DNA of 23,344 bases from Promethearchaeota archaeon (lineage in GTDB: Archaea > Asgardarchaeota > Lokiarchaeia > Sigyniarchaeales > SOKP01), in the NCBI GenBank assembly GCA_048940645.1, contig JBHLOI010000053.1, positions 1 to 23,344 on the forward strand, written 5' to 3'. Every line of letters begins with the position of its first letter. The stretch's first letter is position 1. A program made the translations under genes and the position numbers. The notes beneath the pieces are model-generated. The model did no database searches and was not told the origin of the DNA. It was given only the letters and a program-made list of their open reading frames with translations. Of the stretch, positions 17,114-23,344 are shown piece after piece.

Positions 17114-19390
17114 ATGTTAAAAATAAAAAAATATAGATTTCTTTTCGTTTGTGGATTTATTTCTGTTTTATTCTTAAGTTTTATAATCAATTTACAATCT
17201 TCTTTTGCTCAGAGTAATGATCTTATTTTAAATAAATCGACAAATCTGGATATGATCGAATTTGCAGATAATATTAACACAAAAGAAAGTAATAGTTCAA
17301 TTACTATCCCTATAGCTTCATCCACTTGGAATATTACTCAAGTTAATTTCAATTTTAGTGATATTAGGCTTGAACGTGAAATAAATGCTATTGAAGACAA
17401 TACTACTCTACTAAAAGCACATTCTCTTGGAAAAGATGTACGTGGGTTAGGTGTTCAGATAAACATAACTGAGCCTACTAAAATCTTTGGTGTATATATT
17501 TATGGAGCTGCCACATCTAGATCAATTGTGGATGTTACTAAGTTTCAAATTACCGGATATCGATCGGGAGGACTTACTCCCGATTCCCCAAATAGCACAA
17601 TATATGGATCAACCGATTTAAATATGAATAATACATTAGGTTGGCATCTTCAAATGTTTTCTTCTCCAGTAAATCTTTCAATAGGGCAATATTATTTAAT
17701 TCTTAATCTTACAGAAGTTATGGCCATTGAGGGTCAAACTATTTATTGGTTTTATAACGATGAAAGTCCTATACATCCAGAACTTCATATTTCATTTTAT
17801 GTGAGGGATCTTCTAATTTGGCATTGGACTAGAGGAAAACAAGGGTCTCCTTTCCTTCATAAAATAATCCAAAGAACTAATAGGTTATATTATCCCAAAA
17901 GTATTAATATGACAGCTGAATTAGATGGTCAAATTTACAATGTTACAGATGGATTGGTAATTGGAGCAGGTAATCTAACTATAAAAAATTTAAATTATAA
18001 TCCTAATGACAATGATCTAAATATTCAAATAAATAATAATAACTCAGTACAGTTGTTTTTTAATCTGAGTTATAAACTTAAGCTTAAAAATTTATTAATT
18101 TCTAATGGATATGTGCTTATCCAAGAAAACCATGATAATAATTGGACTATGACTCCTGAGATATCCCGATTTTATATGAATCATTCATTAAAGTTTGATT
18201 ACCCTAAGAATTGGATCAATCCAAAAGTTTTTAGAAATGGAATAGATATATCTTCTCAAGTTCAAATAAATATTACTGAAAAGTTCATACTTATTCCAAA
18301 TAATACCATTATTGAGGGAGCTACTTGGAAAATAACTGCTAATTCTCCAAATTTAGATTTAACATTAAATACTCCAAAAACGTCTTTTGAACAGTCGCAA
18401 GAATTAAAATATTCTGCACTTGCTCCTCTATTAGATGGGAATTTTACCTTTATTTTACATGATGCTTTGGGATATCCAGAAGATAATATAACGCTCCCTG
18501 TTACTTCACTTGAAATTATTTATAGTTATAACTTGTCTTCTAACCCAAATGAAGGAACATGGGTGGGACATGCATTTTGGTATAATTTAACTGCTGCTGG
18601 TGTTAAATCCGTAAGTTTTGAGGTGAATATTGATAGATTACCACTAATTATCCTTATAACTGTTATAATTGGTTCTGTAAGTGTAACAAGTATTTTTACA
18701 ACATATAAAGTAGTTAAGAAAATAAAAAGAGAACGCGAAACATATCGACAAAGCATATATAACAAATACATGGACATTCTTAATCTGGATTATTTAATAG
18801 TGATTGACAAAAATTCTGGAATAAACATTTTTGATAAAGTTTTAGCAACTAAAAATATGGATGCTTCTTTAATTTCTGGATTTTTAGAAGCAATTAGAAG
18901 TTTTGGGATTGATCTAACTGGTTCGGATCAAAAATCTCAAGCCATTAAGCTCGAATATCAGGATTCCAAAATATTAATGTCTGAGTTTAAGAATTTCAGA
19001 ATGACCCTTATTATGAAAGATAATCCCTCTGAGGATTTCCTTGATTCAATAAAACAGTTATCTTACGATATTGAAGAAAAATATGGAAAAGAATTGGAAC
19101 ATTTTGATGGTGAGGTAGGAAAATTTGTGGGAATAAAAGACTTAATTGAACATCATTTACCAGTCAGTTTAATTTATCCACTTAAAATTAATGAATCTAT
19201 TGATGTTAAACTTAATTCAGGTGAAAAAGACCTAATTGATTCAGCAAAATCCATTATGAAACAAAAAGGAGTAAGCTACTTCTTTGTATCCAATTTAATT
19301 TCTCAAAAAGGTGGATTTCAAGCAAAAGAAGCGGAACTTATTCTAAATCTTATTGAGAAGAATGTATTCGAAACTTCAATTAACTTATAA
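17114..19390 (+). CDS. P4: paralog of P1 with the same architecture (subfamily A)
   Basis: Signal peptide ends SFA|Q. TM LPLIILITVIIGSVSVTSIFTTY is followed by KVVKKIKR. Contains MDASLISGFLEAIRSFGID. Confidence 0.85.
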   Translation: MLKIKKYRFLFVCGFISVLFLSFIINLQSSFAQSNDLILNKSTNLDMIEFADNINTKESNSSITIPIASSTWNITQVNFNFSDIRLEREINAIEDNTTLLKAHSLGKDVRGLGVQINITEPTKIFGVYIYGAATSRSIVDVTKFQITGYRSGGLTPDSPNSTIYGSTDLNMNNTLGWHLQMFSSPVNLSIGQYYLILNLTEVMAIEGQTIYWFYNDESPIHPELHISFYVRDLLIWHWTRGKQGSPFLHKIIQRTNRLYYPKSINMTAELDGQIYNVTDGLVIGAGNLTIKNLNYNPNDNDLNIQINNNNSVQLFFNLSYKLKLKNLLISNGYVLIQENHDNNWTMTPEISRFYMNHSLKFDYPKNWINPKVFRNGIDISSQVQINITEKFILIPNNTIIEGATWKITANSPNLDLTLNTPKTSFEQSQELKYSALAPLLDGNFTFILHDALGYPEDNITLPVTSLEIIYSYNLSSNPNEGTWVGHAFWYNLTAAGVKSVSFEVNIDRLPLIILITVIIGSVSVTSIFTTYKVVKKIKRERETYRQSIYNKYMDILNLDYLIVIDKNSGINIFDKVLATKNMDASLISGFLEAIRSFGIDLTGSDQKSQAIKLEYQDSKILMSEFKNFRMTLIMKDNPSEDFLDSIKQLSYDIEEKYGKELEHFDGEVGKFVGIKDLIEHHLPVSLIYPLKINESIDVKLNSGEKDLIDSAKSIMKQKGVSYFFVSNLISQKGGFQAKEAELILNLIEKNVFETSINL

Positions 19391-19448
19391 TTACATTTTT
19401 CCTTTTTTTAAAGACTAATAAAAAAAAAAATAAGTTAATAAAAAGAAA
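19391..19448. terminator. bidirectional oligo-T/oligo-A terminator region between convergent genes
   Basis: tttttccttttttt follows the P4 stop. An A11 run (T11 on the minus strand) follows the stop of the opposing gene. Confidence 0.5.
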
Positions 19449-20033
19449 TTATTCTTGTTTTTTTTTCCATTTTCTACTTAAGTAGATTATTATGATAATT
19501 AAAAATGGAATGCCAAGAACTATACAGACCCACAAAAATCCCCAAAGGTAGGCATATAGATAATAGCTATAGCTTAAATTACCGGCGAGCTCCCAGAAAT
19601 TACCATCGATATAAACAACTAACATAAAAACGAGAAAGAATAAGAGACCTGCTCCACCACTGCCTCCGGCAGCTTTTTTTGTTTTCTTTTTCTCCTTTTT
19701 CTCCCTACTTTTTATTGCCTGTTTGTCTTCTTCAGGTATAACTTTGTACCAAAGAATTACCGTTACAATTATGCAATATCCGATAACTGGAAGCCATACA
19801 TACAATAATTCCCATAAAATCAACCATATCACCCATAGAACCAATCCTCCTAATGAAAACTGGTCAAAGGTTGTAGTTGGAGGATATGCACTCCATGATT
19901 CAATATATTTCCAGAATACTATAAATCCTCCAGCAATTAATCCGGCTAAAGCGATACCGTAGATAATTAGGACATACCAATGTTTTTTTATCATTCCAAT
20001 CCAGAATTTTTCTTCGCTAACTTCATCACTCAT
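19449..20033 (-). CDS. hypothetical 4-TM Trp-rich membrane protein
   Basis: Four hydrophobic helices, a Lys-rich loop (KSREKKEKKKTKK) and a GGSGGAG linker. No family recognised. Confidence 0.8.
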   Translation of the reverse strand: MSDEVSEEKFWIGMIKKHWYVLIIYGIALAGLIAGGFIVFWKYIESWSAYPPTTTFDQFSLGGLVLWVIWLILWELLYVWLPVIGYCIIVTVILWYKVIPEEDKQAIKSREKKEKKKTKKAAGGSGGAGLLFFLVFMLVVYIDGNFWELAGNLSYSYYLYAYLWGFLWVCIVLGIPFLIIIIIYLSRKWKKKQE

Positions 20034-20212
20034 TTTAATTTCCCTTCAGTTAATTTTTTTAAATTAAAATTATCAAAAATTTATAGATCAAATTATTTAA
20101 AAGAAGTGGAGACCGTATTTTAATTTTATTTCAAATAACGAATATTAATTCAAAATGAATCTTAATTTTATTTTAAAAAAAGAAAAATTTATAGAAAGGA
20201 GAATCCAAAGTT

Positions 20213-21316
20213 CTAACTTTTACCAGCTCTTGCTAACTCAGCCTTTTTATCCATTATTGCCACGTATGTAGCTGCTGTATTTTTTGGTGGGATAATTTCA
20301 TTATCCTTCTTATAAAGCTTTATTGCTTCAGATGTACATGTAGGGACACAAACCCCACATCCTATACATCGCTTTTTATCAACCTGAGCAATAGCATCTT
20401 CAACATGTACAGCATCCATATTACATCTCTCTTCGCATGTACCGCACCCAATGCATAAATCCTCATCCACTTCAGCAAAATAGTTAGTAGCAAAAAACTG
20501 TGCAGGTTCAGGAAGCCTATTTTGACTTACTAAGAGTTCACAACAACAATCACAGCAGCAGCATATACACATTGGTCTCATAGAATTGCCCGGCTGTATC
20601 ACGAGTCCATCTTCTTCAGCTTTCTCTAAAAGATTTAAAGCCTCGTCTTTTGAAATTTTCTTTCCAAAGCCGCGTTCAATATAAGCGTCTGCCGCTCTCC
20701 TGAAAGAAAAACATATTTCTCGGAGATTGGTTTTTTTGCAAGGTTCGTCAATAAGATCCTTAGCTTTCCTACAAATACATTCTGCTACAGCGATAGGCTC
20801 TCCAATATTTTCGATGATTGTTCTAAGGTCATCATAAGTTGAGACTGTTTGTTTAGGAGTTAAGCTTTGTCCAATTGGGATTGTACGCAATTGGGGAATT
20901 CCGGATTTGTTGTATTCATCTATGAATGATTCTTCAAAATATTGATAGATATCTTTCACAAAAACTTCTGTGAGAGAATTTAATTGGTATTCATACATCC
21001 CAATTGCTAAAGGAGCGTTTGCATAAAATTTTTCATCACCACTTTTTCCATAATTAATAAGTCCCTTATGATACATTTCATCTAACTTTTTTTCAAGCTC
21101 CTCTATATTGATACCAAGTTTTTTTACTTTCCTATAGACTTTTTCGAGAGGTAGTGGTTGATATTTTAGATATAAGGCTAATTCTACTTGTTCAGGAGTA
21201 AAAAGATGTTTTAGAATTCGAACTTCTACACCAGATTCAGTTTCTGGATAACCAACAGGCATCTTATTAAGATGTTTCTGTAGGTCACGATAAATATCTA
21301 TTTCCTCTTCTATCAT
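20213..21316 (-). CDS. 4Fe-4S dicluster protein with N-terminal winged-helix-like region and Cys-rich core
   Basis: Two CxxCxxC ferredoxin motifs (CIGCGTCEERC, CIGCGVCVPTC), CICR…C…C, CICCCCDCCC, and N-terminal ILKHLFTPE. Confidence 0.88.
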   Translation of the reverse strand: MIEEEIDIYRDLQKHLNKMPVGYPETESGVEVRILKHLFTPEQVELALYLKYQPLPLEKVYRKVKKLGINIEELEKKLDEMYHKGLINYGKSGDEKFYANAPLAIGMYEYQLNSLTEVFVKDIYQYFEESFIDEYNKSGIPQLRTIPIGQSLTPKQTVSTYDDLRTIIENIGEPIAVAECICRKAKDLIDEPCKKTNLREICFSFRRAADAYIERGFGKKISKDEALNLLEKAEEDGLVIQPGNSMRPMCICCCCDCCCELLVSQNRLPEPAQFFATNYFAEVDEDLCIGCGTCEERCNMDAVHVEDAIAQVDKKRCIGCGVCVPTCTSEAIKLYKKDNEIIPPKNTAATYVAIMDKKAELARAGKS

Positions 21317-21367
21317 GCCAAATAATAATTTTTTAAATTTATTTAAAATTATGATTAAGATAAATAA

Positions 21368-22021
21368 TTACTTTCTTCCAACAATAATGTAATGTTCTTT
21401 TTTTTTTAAGATTAAAATTTGAAATCCCCGCTCGATCATCCATTTTTCAACCACCTCTGGGTCTAACCATGAATGCCTAGTTTTGAAATATCTCCATGCA
21501 TTTCTTAAGCCAATTCTAAAGAAAACTGAGATAAATTTCCATTTTGGGTACGTAGCACTTCTATCCTGTAAAACCAAAATACCTCTCCTCCTTAAAACAC
21601 GAAAACTCTCTTCTATAGTCCGCTTCATGTCTTTGAAATCATGCAGACTGTTAAAACATAAAGCAACATCAATAGAATTATCCTCAATTGGGATATCTTC
21701 AGCAAAACCCTTTCTAAATTCAAACTTCTTAACATTTTTCTCCTTAGCTTTCTTTCTAGCAGTGTTTACCATAAGTTCTGATGAATCAACACCTACTATT
21801 TCAATATCAGGAGCTAAATTCTGTAATTCAAATAGAAGAAATCCCGGGCCACAACCAATATCTAATATTCTTAGATTCTTGTTAATATGATATCGTTTCA
21901 TAAAGGTGTAGATTTCTTTAGCAAATGGTACATATTTTTTTTTAATTTTATCTTCAACTGATTTAATAAATCTTTCCGATCTTTCCTCTGTCCACTCATG
22001 GGATTTATGTTTACATGTCAT
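21368..22021 (-). CDS. class I SAM-dependent methyltransferase (UbiE-like)
   Basis: ILDIGCGPG, GVDSSELMV, AEDIPIEDNSID, SLHDF, RVLRRRG. Confidence 0.9.
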   Translation of the reverse strand: MTCKHKSHEWTEERSERFIKSVEDKIKKKYVPFAKEIYTFMKRYHINKNLRILDIGCGPGFLLFELQNLAPDIEIVGVDSSELMVNTARKKAKEKNVKKFEFRKGFAEDIPIEDNSIDVALCFNSLHDFKDMKRTIEESFRVLRRRGILVLQDRSATYPKWKFISVFFRIGLRNAWRYFKTRHSWLDPEVVEKWMIERGFQILILKKKEHYIIVGRK

Positions 22022-22038
22022 TCTTTACTTTAATCTCT

Positions 22039-23004
22039 CTATTTCCCTTTTAGATTTCTCCATTCCTTAGGTATTTGAGAAACCTTTTCCCTTCCAGTAG
22101 GTTTATGAATTTTTTTCCCTATAGGGCGCACTTTTAATTTACCTTGAAAATATTGTTCTAGTCTTTTTTTAGTTATGTCAATATACTCTGCTTCTTTATC
22201 AACGCCGATTATTTTTCTATTATGTTTAATTCCGGCAATCAAACTTGATCCCACCCCACAATATGGATCAAGCACATAATCCCTTTCATTAGTTAATGCC
22301 AAAATACAGCGTTCTGCTAATTCTATAGGAAATTGGCAAGGATGTTTTGTTTTTTCAGGGTGATTTGATTTTACGTTTGGGAATTCCCAAAAAGCGCTTT
22401 CCCAATCTTTATTAAGCATTTTCCATACATCAGAAGGATTTTTTCCAAGAGGATTACCTGAAGGTTTACCTTTATTTGGGCCTTTATATGCTCTTTTACC
22501 GGGATATTTGTGAGGGACTCTTACATTATCTAAATTAAAAATATAATCATCATTTTTAGTAAACCATAAAATCGTTTCATACCTTCCTGAAAATCTTTTT
22601 TTACAATGCAGTCCATGTCCAAAATGCCAAATTATTCTACTTCTTAGCTTTAAATTGAACTTTTTGAAAATCTTATAGAAATAAACGTCTAATGGATATA
22701 CTTCTCCGTCTTTTACATAGTTACCTATCTCCCAGCAAATACTTCCATTATCTGCTAAAACTCTGATTAATTCGTTTATTACTAATTCTTGCTCCATCAA
22801 ATATTTGTCTAATTCTATCTCATTTTCATATATCTTACCAAGATTATATGGGGGTGATGTTATAATCAATCTAACTATTTTATCTGGAAGTGTTTTTAAA
22901 AAATCATATGATAATCCTTGGTGTAATATTATTTTTTTATTTTCGTTGAATTCTGCTGAAATACTTCCTAATTCCGGAAATGCTGTAATTTTTTTTTGGA
23001 TCAT
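22039..23004 (-). CDS. site-specific DNA methyltransferase, beta class (N4-cytosine or N6-adenine)
   Basis: Motif IV ITSPPYN precedes motif I VLDPYCGVGS (beta order). HPCQFP and GKNPSDVW are also present. Confidence 0.93.
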   Translation of the reverse strand: MIQKKITAFPELGSISAEFNENKKIILHQGLSYDFLKTLPDKIVRLIITSPPYNLGKIYENEIELDKYLMEQELVINELIRVLADNGSICWEIGNYVKDGEVYPLDVYFYKIFKKFNLKLRSRIIWHFGHGLHCKKRFSGRYETILWFTKNDDYIFNLDNVRVPHKYPGKRAYKGPNKGKPSGNPLGKNPSDVWKMLNKDWESAFWEFPNVKSNHPEKTKHPCQFPIELAERCILALTNERDYVLDPYCGVGSSLIAGIKHNRKIIGVDKEAEYIDITKKRLEQYFQGKLKVRPIGKKIHKPTGREKVSQIPKEWRNLKGK

Positions 23005-23089
23005 AAAATTCTCAGAAACTCTTCTTAAAATCTATAAATAATAATTATAGATTTCTAAAATTAAGTTTGGTTATTAATTTATTAATTAT

Positions 23090-23344
23090 TCATGCTCTAT
23101 ACTTCTTAAAAGGATTTGGAATCCATTTTGATACTTTTTTCTTATAATCCAAAAATTGGTCACCAAACATACTTTCTAGAATTTTTTCTTCAAAATTTAC
23201 CATCCTGTTATAAACTAAAAATACCAGAAGAAAAAAGGCAATAGAAATCAAAGAAAGCGATAAAAAAATAAAAGACACATAAATTAATAAGATACCAAAG
23301 TACATCGGATTTCTCACATACTCCAAAATTCCAGTAGTTATAAG
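23090..23344 (-). CDS. ICMT/PEMT-family membrane methyltransferase, 5'-truncated by the window edge
   Basis: The frame stays open to the window end (LITTGILEYVRNPMYFG). C-terminal EEKIL…FGDQFLDYKKKVSKWIP is typical of the family. Confidence 0.85.
   Translation of the reverse strand, partial: LITTGILEYVRNPMYFGILLIYVSFIFLSLSLISIAFFLLVFLVYNRMVNFEEKILESMFGDQFLDYKKKVSKWIPNPFKKYRA

Noticed and set aside
18526-18777. 83-aa minus-strand ORF
   Set aside because: Antisense within P4.
3151-19390. Diversity-generating retroelement or invertase-driven shuffling as the source of paralog variation
   Set aside because: There is no reverse transcriptase or recombinase and no long near-identical TR/VR or inverted repeats. 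The paralogs share only short DNA identities, consistent with old duplications.
19723-19962. 79-aa plus-strand ORF
   Set aside because: Antisense to the 4-TM protein gene.
21483-21890. 135-aa plus-strand ORF
   Set aside because: Antisense to the SAM methyltransferase.
22805-23041. 78-aa plus-strand ORF
   Set aside because: Antisense to the DNA methyltransferase.
1-23344. CRISPR arrays, tRNA/rRNA genes, IS elements
   Set aside because: No regularly spaced repeats, GC-rich structured RNA segments or transposase motifs were seen, and the intergenic gaps are short and AT-rich.

Overview
Very AT-rich, gene-dense archaeal window. An Asgard (Lokiarchaeia-like) origin is inferred from the low GC, U-rich terminators, a GGTGAT ribosome-binding site and multiple longin-like domains. 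The main feature is a family of four ~750-aa paralogous type I membrane proteins (3151-5400 +, 5412-7691 -, 12145-14406 +, 17114-19390 +). Each has a signal peptide, a sequon-rich beta ectodomain with hypervariable loops, one TM helix, a cytoplasmic longin-like domain (D-x-[TS]-LISGFL-x-A-[IV]-x-x-FG) and a small winged-helix-like C-terminal domain. The four fall into two subfamilies (P1/P4 and P2/P3) and look like an undescribed receptor system. They are interleaved with organosulfur genes: a CxPxR sulfatase, a TauE transporter, an MFS transporter, an MBL-fold alkylsulfatase, and a sulfite-oxidase-family Mo domain fused to a four-His cytochrome b561-like domain. Flanking genes are pcm, a U32-family Fe-S protein, an iron-sulfur flavoprotein, a Cys-rich 4Fe-4S protein, a class I SAM methyltransferase, an orphan beta-class DNA methyltransferase and a truncated ICMT/PEMT-family gene. 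No RNA genes, CRISPR arrays or mobile elements were seen. All family calls come from motif recognition by eye, not database searches.
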